A stretch of DNA of 64,000 bases, taken from Rotaria socialis. Taxonomy: Eukaryota. Shown piece by piece: positions 1 to 12,858 of this stretch (positions are counted from its first letter, which is position 1; each line of letters starts with the position of its first letter). Position numbers and translations under genes: made by a program. The stretch is from NCBI GenBank assembly GCA_905331295.1, contig CAJNYD010000369.1, positions 62,001 through 126,000 on the forward strand, given 5' to 3'. The notes below the pieces were generated by a model, which did no database searches, was not told the DNA's origin, and saw only the letters and a list, made by a program, of their open reading frames with translations.

Positions 1-235
1 ATTCATTCAGTAATGTTGCAGATGATGTTGAATGTTCGATGGGCTCCGGTGTTGTAACAACCCCATTTTCAATACTAAACGCTCTATTTAAAAATAAATT
101 CATAACTTCTACATTCTATTACGTAGAAATCTATAGTACATACGAATCAACACTGTTCGCATCACTAACATCACTACGATGATCGAGAAGAGATTCAATT
201 GTATTAGCCAATGAGGTTCGTTCCATCGTCATCAT
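1..235 (-). CDS. 5' part of an unknown multi-exon gene running off the window edge (exons 235-144 and 83-<1)
   Basis: Exon MMTMERTSLANTIESLLDHRSDVSDANSVDS follows an AG acceptor; a 60-nt GTATGT..TAG intron (143-84) splices in frame to AFSIENGVVTTPEPIEHSTSSATLLNE. No family recognised. Confidence 0.6.
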
Positions 236-3200
236 CTTTAAAATAAGAAAAAAGAACAAACTACATGTCTCTATATATGTATTTATTTCGTCTGTACGCT
301 TGATTGAACAGACCAAGTATACGAAAAATAATTATTTATTAATTACCGTGCACGAAGATGCGCGTATCATTCGAGTATTACAAAAGAAACTTGAAGGAAA
401 ATGAATAAATTAAAACAGGCACTCGTTTGTGCTAAATTGGTCAGCAGTGATTGCGAGATTATTCAGAGGAATATCTAATAGGTTTCTCCTACGATTGTAC
501 TTTGATGCGTATTCACTTCCGATTTCAATAATATTTTCAGTCTATAGATACAGTATAATATTCTAATGAGAAACTTGAAAGGAAGCAGGTTCCTATTGGG
601 ACTGACTTTAAGCTCAGAAGTATTGCGCATAGAAAAATTTTCAATTCGACTAAGATATAAATCTTCTCCCATGGGCAATCTATGCAGCTTGCATCTTTTG
701 AAAGTTTTATATTTTGAGTAAACTTATCTATTCTGTCTCAATTCTATACGAGTTAAACTTTCAATCAACCGTTAGTCAAATCTCAATAAGAACGGATATT
801 CTATTAGTTTCAGTTAGAATACAATGCAATATCTATTAGAAAAACACGATTGTTGAAATCGGAAGGAACTATCACAGAGGATTCCGTTCTTAGCCAGTAG
901 TTTATTATATATCTCTTATTAATAGATATAGAATAATGCAAGAAAAGTCTATCGAAAGCTAATAAACAATGCAAATCAAATATAATGCGCACGTTTTCTA
1001 TTCAATTGTTTTTTTTACAATACTTGAATAAATCTTTATCACTTGTATTTGAGGTGTAAAAAATGATTTTTGTTTGCCTCTTAAGAGGAAATGGTTTATT
1101 TCACCCTAGATTCATCTGCTATAGATCATGTTGTATGCATTATCATAGCGCGGAACTGAGTAATAAATCATGCATAGCTTGGATAAAAAAATTAATCTAC
1201 TCCACTTCGCTAGCTTGAGATTGAATTTCCCTATGGATTCGAACACATATCGATAACAACGGTAAAAAAAAAAGAAACGAAAAGAAATGGGCGCATTCGA
1301 AGCGAAGAAAAAAAATGTAGACTTGATTACATAAACACAATCTTTGTTCAAACAAGAAATCTATGTGGTAACAATAGTCCTTATATATGATTTACTGTAT
1401 CAAAATATATCTTTTATGTAAATGATGATTGAATTAATGCAGAACGTGTATGTTACTTATCCAGTGATAAGAACATTTTATAATATCAATAAACGTACCT
1501 GTAGGATTTAATACGATGAAGAAACAAATGAAAATAACGTACGAGTATTCAACAGGAACAAAACAACGTGAAGAGAAATAGGAAAAAATGGCTAGCAAAC
1601 AAATACGACAACGTCGCTTATTCACCTACGCCTACTCGCAATTTTTACATCGTCTCCGATCTATAGCTCTCTTTTGGAGAAGAAAGAAAGAAAAAAATGA
1701 ATCATAATCATCTATTCACCAACCATATTTATAGAACATAGATGGTAGTAGTTCACTTCATACGCATTATTCATTTGAAATTTATACTTGTATTAGTGGA
1801 TAAAGAAATGAATCGCGTATTTTAATGATAGAAACATGTAAGGTCGACAGCCTCTTATGAAAACAAATATAAATTATTGTTTCAATGTCACATGTAGACC
1901 GTTAAAGGCCATCTTGATAATATCAATATTCGAAAGTCTATGGCGTCTATATGATTTTTGGTCGAGAAGAAAATTTTTTGTTTTGATTAATAATTTGATC
2001 TTTAATTGATAGTATCAATGCTTAAAGATACACTAATCGAGATCCAAGAGATTGACGTAACTCAATGCTATTTTGCAATTAGTTAAAGAGCTTGTTAGCT
2101 CAGCCCCGTTGGGGCTAAAATGTGGAACTCACATATATCCCTTAGGCTTATTAAAACTAGTTCAAAATAGTCCATCTGAAAAATCTACCTTGATTTTCAA
2201 AACCTATAATTAGGTCATTGCCTATGTCTGCAATGGAATATTAATTGTTAGCTCGTATATTTAACAATGGCAGAGATCAGTTTCTATGGTCTGTAATGGT
2301 ACACTAAACTAGTTACGATGGTTTGTAATGGACAAGCATTGCTTTTTTTCGTGTCGTCTGCAATTAAAAAAAGAAGAAATAGCAGCCTAATTAGTCAAGC
2401 TCCTAATTAGCACAATTTTAAGCTCATTAATATCTGTAATGGGGAGGTGGGGCGAGGCGCAAAAATCTCGCTTTTAAGCTTACACTCATCATTTTCTTCG
2501 AAAATATATGTGAGTTCCACAAAATATTGTTATCAATGGCTAGAATGTTTTTTGTGGGAATATTTTTTTCATCAGCAAATTGCCAACATTCATTTGATAT
2601 TATTGTTACTTAATGCAAAACATTCATTAGAAGAATCATCAAATAAATAAAATTTTTATAGATTCACCATAGCTGACTCAAATATTTTCGACTTCATATT
2701 TGATGTGTAAATGAGAAAATGTAGACTTTTATTGTTAATTCTGTTTGCTAATCAGCATGTTTGTTACATGATTACAGTATGAAGTTCAAGAAATACATGA
2801 ATCAAATTAGTCAGTAGAATGAGTTCGTTAAAAAAAAGATATCTATATTTACGAAGACCATCTAGCGCACTTCCGTTCTCAACCATTTTAGAATCAAAAT
2901 TATGAAGAATCCATAAGGAGGAAAAAAAGATTTTTTTTGCTGATATAGTTTTCAATTGAATCTTATGAATTAGTTTAATATAAAAATAAAGATCGTGTAG
3001 AAGCATTCAATAGAGAAGAAATCATAAAATGTCATATTTTGAAAAAGTTTGCTTATCAAAAGTACATTTATTTTTGTCTGAAAAGTTTCCGTTTGAGAAG
3101 CTATTTTTCTTCTTCTTCTACTGCTGTGATATATATATCAGGTTCTGAATTGTTGACGATTTCACTTGGCTTCCTCAAGTGCAGCAATCAACTTTAATGT

Positions 3201-4713
3201 TTATTAAACATTCCATAGTAAACTTAGCTGCAAATTGCAAATTAACAGGTTTCTCTTGCATTTTACTCATTTTCGTTTGTTATTAAAATAAATTAAAGTA
3301 CGAAAATAAAGTACCTCAATATGATCAAATGAGTCTTAACCAAAAAAGCAAAAAGCAGAATAAATTCCACAGAAGATAATATCAGAACAAAAAGAAATTT
3401 TAACAAATTGTGATTCCGTTTGGAACAAAAATATTTTAACTTGTAATGATAAAGATTTACATCGAAAGAAAACTAACATCGGTGCCGCTATAAATTTATT
3501 GGAAAACAAATGTATCGATGAAAATGATTCTTCATTTATACGTTTATTCAGAGGAGATTCTGTACTTGTTCAAGTTCGACAGACAATATTCTTCGTTGAT
3601 TTATTTATTTTCTTTTTATATGCATAACTGATTATTCTTCTACTCTTGCAAACTGTCTTTGCTTTTAGCGAATGGTGACATTGAATCGAAGTTTTCTTTT
3701 ACTAATAAAGAAACAAAACAAGAATAAGTCATCGTTGGTGTTAGCTTTTTTGACTCGCTTTTTTTCTCTGCTAATATTTAATCAATGTTTTCACACTTAT
3801 ATATTGTATGCAGTAGTCACCATTGTCGTTTGCTCCTTCTTCTTTTTTTTTTTTATATGTGTGTATGTTTTATTCAAATTTCTTTTTCTAAAAAGAATAA
3901 CAGTAATAGCAACAACGAATGCAAACTCACACAATTCTTTCTTATTCTTCATTACCACCATCATCATCTCATAGTGTTTAAGTGACGTTTGCTACTGGCA
4001 TCGTCCGTTGAAAAAAATTGAGACGAGTATCGAAGTAGAAGAATGAGAAATCAGAACGATGTCAAAATAAAAGAAAGAGTCTTGTTTGCTTGATGCTGCA
4101 CGTTCAAAGTAAACTTCAATCATGCACAGTTTTCTTTATTATTCTTTAAACATCGATATGTGTATGTGTTCTTATGTGGGACTTGATCGCCGCATATGTA
4201 TAGTTTATCATAAAAAACAAATACAGACAGATTAAGAAATGATTTTTTTTCTTAAAATAAGTTTAGAAAAAGATAGACAATGATTAAACTGTAAAGGTAC
4301 GAAAATGTTTTGTTCGCTTCTTTTTACACCTTCGAGCACCACCAGAAAAATGGGAGAGAAAAAAGAGAAGAATAGAGTAAAAAAAGAGATCGATTTGTTA
4401 CTATAACTGTCACTTCTCATTTTTTTTTCATTTTGCGATTGCCTCGTTTTTTTTTGTAACATATGAAAGTTGTCGTTTCATGTTTTCGTTTAGACAAACA
4501 TATATACAGTAAATGGAGAATGGCCAGGCGTAAATGAAAAGATGATGCCATTTCTCTTCTAACAACAAGAAAGAAAAAAAGAAGAAGAAAATTTAACGTC
4601 GTTATACAATTTATTTCTAGAAGTACATATATCTAATAGCTATTTTTTTGTCGAAATTGTACTATATGCCAAAAATTACATATTTTCATTAAGATAGAGA
4701 ATGTAATTTCGTC

Positions 4714-6339
4714 ATGACCAAAGAACAATTAACCACGAATTGGCAGAGCGAAGCACATACCAGCACATCTGAAGAATTAATTGCTAATTCTCTACCACCT
4801 CGCATAGGTCCTTATCGATCTTTATCGGCTAAACGACCGCGTGACCCATCCCATCGTAAAAGTGTTTCATTTAATGATGTCCCTATTGTACATGAAGTTC
4901 CATCGCATGATGCAATGCGTAATTCTAACTGTGATACATATCGTTCATGGGCACATACAGATGCAACACTACCTTCATCTGGTATTTCATCGTTTTATTC
5001 ATCACAAATACTTTTACCATTTAACTCAACGAGTGCTGCAGCTCAAAAGATAAATGCCAGCCGTTTAAGTAGTACTTTATATTCAACACCATCATCATTC
5101 GCATCATCGCCATCACCTGTAGCAACACCAGCAGTAGCAACAGCAACAACGACAACAACAACAAATACTTCTGCTGCTGCTAATTCAACAGCAAATCGAA
5201 TACCTGATTGGGCTGTACGAGCTAAATCAACAAAACCTACATCAACTGCAGATGAAGCAACAACAACAAATGAAAATCATTCAGCTGGAAATTCACCGGT
5301 TATTATTGTTCATCTACCTGATGAAAGAACAAGTAGAGATACAACACCTAAATCTAGTAATCAATCAATATATAATAGTGTATATCTTCCGTATTCTCAC
5401 ACATCATCAGGATCAGCACTTTCTTCACCACATAGTGTTGAATATGGAGAAGAGAGAAAACATTCATATCGCTCAGCAATGATACCTGACACAGACCATT
5501 ATCGTAGTATTCCATTTTCTTATGCACCAATGTCTGATTCGGCAGCAACTTATACTTCAATGTTATCTACAAATTTAATTCAATCAAATCATTCTTCAAA
5601 TGAACATTCTACAACAGGATATCCACGAGCAGCACGTGCTCGTTCAGCGACTTTACCAGTATCCACAAATCATTCACCGACACGTGCCAATGATAATGTT
5701 TCGATTACACCACTTCGTGCAACAGCCGCAAATCTTCTACCAAATAATTCAAATGCATCCACAAGAACTGTTTTACGACCAACAACAATTGCTTTTCAAT
5801 GTTCACAACCAACAAACGCAACTATGAATTTAAACAATGGCCCATCAACAATGACTACTTTAATAGCAACTAACAATACGAATCAATCATCGACAACAGC
5901 AACAACAACAACACCAACAACAACAAATGCAACAAAGCCACCAGCAACACCATCTCGTTTTGGTTCAACAGCTGCAGCAGCAGCTGTTCATTCTCGTTTT
6001 GTTTTACCGTCAAATCGAACACTTTCAACAGCATCATTAAATTCATCAGCAATTAAATATACTTTTGCTCATCCAAATATGGATTCAACATTTATGAATA
6101 CAACAACACAGAAACCTCCCCAAACTACTTATGCTCGTTCACGTTCAGCACATGTTTTAAGCTCGAGACGTACAGCTCCGTCACCTGTTGTTATGCTCGA
6201 TAGCCACTCTAATGGAGTAGGAATAACAACGAATCCTACTACTAATCTTTATGCAACAACAAAACGCAATCCAAATGTTAGACAAACCTATGGTTCTTAT
6301 TATATGCATCGTGTTCTTTTACCCACAAGCATTCATTAA
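4714..6339 (+). CDS. Ser/Thr/Ala-rich, probably disordered 541 aa protein with an N-terminal RVxF-like motif (KSVSF)
   Basis: 1.6 kb uninterrupted ORF in very AT-rich DNA; poly-Thr/Ala tracts; RKSVSFNDVPIVHEV resembles a PP1 docking site. Confidence 0.85.
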   Translation: MTKEQLTTNWQSEAHTSTSEELIANSLPPRIGPYRSLSAKRPRDPSHRKSVSFNDVPIVHEVPSHDAMRNSNCDTYRSWAHTDATLPSSGISSFYSSQILLPFNSTSAAAQKINASRLSSTLYSTPSSFASSPSPVATPAVATATTTTTTNTSAAANSTANRIPDWAVRAKSTKPTSTADEATTTNENHSAGNSPVIIVHLPDERTSRDTTPKSSNQSIYNSVYLPYSHTSSGSALSSPHSVEYGEERKHSYRSAMIPDTDHYRSIPFSYAPMSDSAATYTSMLSTNLIQSNHSSNEHSTTGYPRAARARSATLPVSTNHSPTRANDNVSITPLRATAANLLPNNSNASTRTVLRPTTIAFQCSQPTNATMNLNNGPSTMTTLIATNNTNQSSTTATTTTPTTTNATKPPATPSRFGSTAAAAAVHSRFVLPSNRTLSTASLNSSAIKYTFAHPNMDSTFMNTTTQKPPQTTYARSRSAHVLSSRRTAPSPVVMLDSHSNGVGITTNPTTNLYATTKRNPNVRQTYGSYYMHRVLLPTSIH

Positions 6340-6840
6340 AAAAAAGAAGATTGTAAATTTGTCGTTTTTTTGCTTCTTCTTAAGTGAAGAAAAATATAGT
6401 CTTTCTTTCTTACAATTGTAATAATTGATTCTTATATTCTTAAAATCTCAATCATGATAATACTACAGTCACCTAGCTCATTGATATATCTATATGTTTG
6501 CTTAAGTATCTGTTTTTTTTTCACCTATTTGATGAGAAAGATGCATGCGAGTATAAGTGTGTGTGTGTGTTATATCCGATGAGACTCTATTACGTGCAAC
6601 GATCATATACAACTAATTTATTTGGTAAGTCGTCTTTCATCTCTCGAGTGTGAGGCAAACAGGTGACTCTCTTAAGCCTTTTCTTTCTCTTTTTTCTCTT
6701 GCTCTTTATTTGTTGACTGAAGGCTTGGTATGACGAGGTCGATCTTTGAACAAACATTGTATGAAACGAGTGGTTAAAAAGAATTTAACCAACGCTAATT
6801 TGAGTCTTGATGAAGGTGAAATTGAGAGAGGAAGACAGAT

Positions 6841-6862
6841 AGAGAGAGAGAGAGAGAGAGAG
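6841..6862. repeat. (GA)n microsatellite
   Basis: Directly visible AG dinucleotide run. Confidence 0.9.
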
Positions 6863-7652
6863 CGAAATAAAGAAAATGCAAGATATCTAGTTGTGTATAT
6901 AAATGACGAAAAAAAGACAATCACGATCATTTCAATTCAATTCACAATCGATATGATAACAGTATAATGTACATATTGCATCTTTCTCACACATCTCATA
7001 GTGTGAACAACATAATATTTATCATTGATTTCTTTTCGTTTCGATCGATCGATAAGGTAAGATAGCACAAATACTGATGCTGTAAGTATATTCCATATGG
7101 CAACGGTTCTCATCGTTATTCAGTTTCTATGATATACAATCGAAATATTTCTGATGATTGTTGGCTTAAGATACCATTCGTTTGCTTTATAATCACAATA
7201 TTACAGCTGGCTTAAAGATAGGCAACCGTATAGTTGTATATGCTATTCATTTTCTTTCTTTACCTTCTGATGAGTATATAAGAAGAGTGTTTTTTTGAAA
7301 AAAAAGTTATTTTCAACAACCCAATATAAATGCATATTCATTATTGAACTTGCGCTTGATGGTGCGAGTTAGGACGGACAATGATAGTGAATAAGAAATT
7401 CTTTGTTCGTCTGGCTCGTATTATTGGTGCACAGTGTAAAACGGCGTTGAAATGTTTATTTAGAAGGTGTTTTGGCAACAGGTAAAAAAAGGAAAAAAAA
7501 TATTAACAGCATTTACTTCAATTTTTGTTGTGTATGTTTATGCAGTAGGAGTGTTCGAAAGTAGAAACGAAATCAAATTCTTTTGATGTTATTATTTCAT
7601 TTAGCCAATTCAGTTTCGACGCAAAGAGTAAGAATACAAAAAAGAAGGACCG

Positions 7653-8481
7653 ATGATTAATAATCATACTGCAAAAAAACCAACTGTTAGCTCATCATTT
7701 TATGATAGTTATACATCGCAACCGGTCAAATGGTAAGTAGCCGATGTGAGGTTTGTTTTCTTGTGAAATTTGTTTCCTATATTTGGAATATTTTAGGTAT
7801 GAGATAGTGGATAGTTATCGACAATATACTGAAACATATCTTCCAATACGATTAGAAAATTTTCCAAGTGACTTATGGGATAATTTAAAAAAATTTTTTA
7901 AGACAAGTGAACCCATAGAAGTAATCGATGATGAAGATCCGTACGAGACTTATACATAGTTTTGTATTCGTAATAAAATTGTTGTTCTGTTTTTCTTGTA
8001 GCGTTGAAGAAACTCAACAGACACGTAATGATGGTAATATAATTAAACTAACACAATACAATGTAAAACCGGAGAAATTCGATTCACGTATATCTGATGC
8101 TGTGCGAACGCATTCAGAAAAGGTTGATAGTTTTGATAATCGCTCACAGATTCCACTAGGCGCCGCCAGTGGTATTCACACAATTTCACCACCACCTGAT
8201 CGAGATCGTGATCGTGAACGGTAATTAGCTCATGAAAAACGCAATCTTATTTTTACTGAATCATCTTTTTTATGTCGTTTCTTAGTCGTAGTCGTCGTCA
8301 TCGGCATAGAGGTCAAGTTTTACCAACTATGGACGATTGTCCTGAATGCCGAGCTGCAGCTGCTCAAGGCTTTCCAACCATGTGTGACTGTGGTGAATGT
8401 CGAGCTAAACGAGCGGCATATCCAAATCGAACACCCTACTGTGATTGCTCTGAATGCCGTAGTACATATCGAGCAAATTAA
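7653..8481 (+). CDS. Small 4-exon protein with an RD/RS-rich segment and a Cys-rich C-terminus (CPECR, CDCGECR, CDCSECR)
   Basis: Exons ~7653-7732, 7797-7940, 8002-8220, 8286-8481 splice in frame via GT-AG introns of 61-65 nt; AATAAA ~30 nt after the stop. Start codon uncertain (possible upstream exon 7381-7481). Confidence 0.7.
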
Positions 8482-10816
8482 TGTCTTTATACTCTGTGCA
8501 TATTTGAAATAAATAATTCAAAAAAAAAAGTATATTGTTTTTGTCCTGGTGATAATGAACTATCTAATGTAAAAATATGAGTACATGTAATAAAAGAAAA
8601 TTCACTTAATATATTGGAAGATGAAACATGATTTATTCATACGGAGTTTGTCGACAGCTTCGATTAAAAATAATATTGACACTAAACAACAGTTGACAAA
8701 TCATATTATATATATATTCCCTGACATTTGTCAATAAAAAGCAGATGTACACAACTGTAGTGAACATGAAATATTATTATTGAGCTATTTTATTAGTAAA
8801 ATATTCACGAACGTTCTCAGTCGTAGGCTATTCTTTCTGTTGGATTTCCTATTTCTACATTGTGCAATGCCAAGTGATCACGTAGAAAATGTAATAATAT
8901 GAAAAACAAAGTATACAATGTCATATAGTGATCGATGATTTGTTTGATATAATTATAAGTGTCTGATATACTTCGTATTTCCTATCTCGTAAAATAAAAA
9001 CAGTCTATGTCGAAGAGTATTCATCCGACGAACAAGTTTGATTTTTCGTTTAATGCTTTCATTTGATTTTTGCACGTCTATTTTTGTAGGAACCGACAAA
9101 TATGATGCATGTTTATTTTACCAAGTGCAAAGTTTTATAATGGAGTTCTTTTGTCTAGATCGAATGAAAAAGAAAAGGCATTTGAACAGATGTGAGACTA
9201 ACATAATTTATCAATATCGATCGGAATACTGATTGGCATAGCGATTGTTATCAGCAATGTTGTTGGTTATCTCTTTTTTTGTTTTTCGTAATTTTAAAAC
9301 TAATTTATTGGAATGCATCCAGTAGTCTCGGTCTCGTTGTTTTCTTTTCTGTTGAACATCAACCCCAGTTAAACATTTGTGAAGCTTTGTATAAAAGAAT
9401 ATTATCCTTTTCATCTCGATTTATTCTTTCAGTTTTCTATCTTGATCTTTTGTCACTAAGCAGTCTTCTTTCTTGTTGACACGTGCATATTAAGTACAGT
9501 GGAACTTGGCAGATTGTCATGGGGTAAAAAACATGACTGCTGCCGATTGACTGATGATTGGCAAAAGTGGCACGCAGACAACTCATATATATTTATATAT
9601 ACGTATCTCGATATAATTTTAGTGTTTTGTTATGCTTTGTCATTTGCCTGTCTTGCTTTATCCATTTTCATTTATGACAGTTACCAGAAAATCTCTCCTG
9701 TGAAGATGATGAAATGAGATGACATAATCTGTCTTTGGATAGATTATACTGCATTTTATTTTCTCTTTTTTCTCTTATCCGTTCATTTAAATGATAAATA
9801 CGCTGGAAAAGTTTTTATAACTTAAAGTTAGTCGAATTAATCATTATACACATTCTTTTTTTCTGGACATATAAAAGAAGTTAGTTAACTGTTTAATATG
9901 TTTGTTTATTCAAATATGTGTTGCACAAATGATGAAGTAAGTGATCTTAGGCAAATTTTCATTTGATCTTAACTTTCTAGTGAAAGTAACAATATAATAG
10001 CTCGTAGTAGATTTTGCGTGCAAAGAAAAATTGTAGAGAAGTCTTTTTTGTTTTAGTTTTTAATACCAAATAGAGGAAATCTAACAATATCAGTTCCCTA
10101 TTATTAAGAATTCATTTATATATTTGCCGTGGTTTGCAAGCGAGAAGAAGGTGTTAAATTTGCATGCTCCATTTCATATTCTAGCGTTTCTCTTACTGAT
10201 GTTGCCTCGTAGATCTTCAGAAGCATTTACTTCACACTGTTTACATAGGAAATGGTATTTCCTTTGTGCAAAATTTTTAACAGATAAAACATTTGTTTTG
10301 AATTAGAAATACTTAAGTGAAGCAGTATGTTTTTCTTTTGCTTTAGTAATTTCAAGCATTCATAGAGTATTCATTAAGTTCTACGGGAGGAAGCAAACAG
10401 TATTCTCTTTAATATCATAATAAATTTCCTTTCAAATATTTTTTTTGCGAGAGAAAAACTATTAGAATCGACATGAAAGCAGATGAATTTCTTTTTACGA
10501 ATAAAGTGTAATAGTTAAATAAGTTAAGTTTATTCTAAATTGTTTGGTGGTCTTTGAAGTTCGAAAACCAGTAATTTCAGATCTCATCATGCAAAATTCA
10601 ATAGAAAAGAAACATGCATAATTTATATATATTAGTTAAATTTTCCATTATGACTTTTAAAATGGTCTGTTTGAATCGCAACAATGAGAAATGATACTTA
10701 AAATTAATTTTTCTTTCATGAAAATAATATTTTGCAATGTCACATTTTTTTTCTTCTGTAAGAGTGATTTCGAAGAAGCTTTTCACTTGTCGTGTAATTA
10801 ATAATTTCTAGCAAAA

Positions 10817-10817
<1 letters not shown>

Positions 10818-10855
<38 letters not shown>
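10818..10855. repeat. (TC)n microsatellite
   Basis: Directly visible TC run with one interruption. Confidence 0.9.
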
Positions 10856-11263
10856 AAGTATGGAAGTGTATTATTTAGAAAAGAAAAACGTAATATTCGG
10901 ATCCTTTAATTACTGAGATTATGGAGATAAATAGAAGTGAATATTTTCGTACTGTCATTAGTTCTCTTTTCTTTTATATAAACCTTCTTCTAATCCTCTT
11001 GACGGTTTCCTTCGTCTTGAATATTCTATCTAATGATGTTGACGTCTCATTCTATTTGTTATTATTGGTCACGTATTGAAAACGAAAAAGGAAGAAGAAG
11101 AGATTGACAAGTTTGAACTAATACTCAACGATAGATTGTCTTCAGCTGTCTTATCATTATTTATTTAAGATATTAGGATTTCTATAGAGTTCTAAAGAAG
11201 ACTAGAATATTTTAATCATTTTTCATATTTTCATTTGTTTAGATCTATTCGGATTTTCTTACT

Positions 11264-12565
11264 ATGCCATTTAACATAACAAATAGTATACAAGTGTATG
11301 ATGACTCGTCCATGAATCCGCCGGAATATGAACAAGCTCGATGTAGCTCACATTTTCTTACGCTTATTTTCCATACTCAACCCACACTTTTAATAATATT
11401 CGGCTTTTTAGCAAATTTATTTTCATTTGTTGTACTCACTCGTCCACGTTTACGTCGTCGGCCAACATTTTCCTATCTTGCTTTTCTCAGCCTATCAAAT
11501 TCATTCTTATCGCTTATTCATGCCAGTTTTACTATTCTTGGATTTTATTTTGGTTTAACACTTGATAATTTGTCATTATTTATATTTTGTCGTTTTTTAA
11601 ATCGATTTGCAATTGATTTTCTGACACATTTCTCATTATATACATTAACAGCTGTTGATCTTGATCGCGTACGTACAGTTACATCAGCAACAAGTAATCA
11701 TAGAAATAGTCGTTCAAATGGAGGTAGACAACATGGTTGTGCTGAAGCATTTATTCGTGTATGTTTAATAGAATTATTTCTTGCAGTCGTTCTTTTTCTT
11801 CTCAATATACACTGGCTTATTGCGTATGGCTATACGGCCTCTTCACCAAATGGTTTAGATGAACGCACATTCTGCACAATACCATATCTGAATAATGTAA
11901 CAAGTTTAAATCCATATTCAGTTGCTTATAATAAATATTTAACATCAGTATTACCCATTATAGAATTGATTGTATTTAATATTTTACCAGTTTTTATAAG
12001 TCTTCTTGCGACAATTGTTATATTAAGACATGTCTCAACTAGATACTCACTTTTAAATCATATTAATCAGCGTTTGAAAAAATCTCGTCGTCGAATGGAA
12101 TTACATTTATCAATATTACTGATATCATTGAATTGCGTATTTATATTATTTACAACACCACATAATATTTATAGTGTTTATATTGGACAATTGCAACGAC
12201 GTTTAGTGAATAGACAAAAAAGTGAGGAAGAATTGTGTTCAATATCAATATTACAAAAAAGTTTAGATTTATTACAGCAATGTTATTTTATGTCAACGTT
12301 TTTTCTTTACATATTAACCAATAAGCGATTTCGTGAAGAATTTTGGGATTTAATAAAAACAAATTTATTCTTTGCGAGAAAAATTAAAAAAAGAGAAAAT
12401 TCATCAACAGAAATTACAACGCGTCGACGTCATCATCGTCATCGTCAAAGTGAAATTGATAGTATTACACAATTGGATCATGTCGATCAACGAAACCAGT
12501 CTATTGTTGAAAGTCCAATGTCGATTGTTAATGATTTTACACAAGATGATGTTGAAGATGAATGA
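11264..12565 (+). CDS. Orphan rhodopsin-like (class A) GPCR, peptide-receptor-like, 433 aa
   Basis: Seven hydrophobic segments; TM1 GFLAN, TM3 end DLDRV (DRY variant), TM6 FTTP, TM7/helix 8 FFLYILTNKRFREE; intronless CDS. Confidence 0.9.
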   Translation: MPFNITNSIQVYDDSSMNPPEYEQARCSSHFLTLIFHTQPTLLIIFGFLANLFSFVVLTRPRLRRRPTFSYLAFLSLSNSFLSLIHASFTILGFYFGLTLDNLSLFIFCRFLNRFAIDFLTHFSLYTLTAVDLDRVRTVTSATSNHRNSRSNGGRQHGCAEAFIRVCLIELFLAVVLFLLNIHWLIAYGYTASSPNGLDERTFCTIPYLNNVTSLNPYSVAYNKYLTSVLPIIELIVFNILPVFISLLATIVILRHVSTRYSLLNHINQRLKKSRRRMELHLSILLISLNCVFILFTTPHNIYSVYIGQLQRRLVNRQKSEEELCSISILQKSLDLLQQCYFMSTFFLYILTNKRFREEFWDLIKTNLFFARKIKKRENSSTEITTRRRHHRHRQSEIDSITQLDHVDQRNQSIVESPMSIVNDFTQDDVEDE

Positions 12566-12858
12566 TTCAAATGAACTCTATTTTGACTGGCGATTCATTA
12601 ACATTATTTGGAATGAATTCTATTCTTCTCTCTCTCTCTCTCTCTAAGATCTACAATGTAATATATTTATCGTTCTTTTTTTGATGTTGTAATACTCAAT
12701 ATCGAAAATGACTTTAACAATTTTTTGTTCTCTTTATGATGTTACTCATATTTTGTTGTTATGAATATTTAAAATAATTTGATGTTGTCTATATTTATTA
12801 CTCAATACGGAAACACATATAGAAAAAGGTAAAAGAATTTATGGCAAAGTTTAGTAAT

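Noticed and set aside
2095..2120. GC-rich hairpin AGCCCCGTTGGGGCT, possible Helitron/Helentron terminus
   Set aside because: No partner end or second copy found in the window.
475..4462. Numerous 60-100 aa ORFs
   Set aside because: Phe/Ile/Lys-rich translations typical of random AT-rich DNA; no motifs or splice support.
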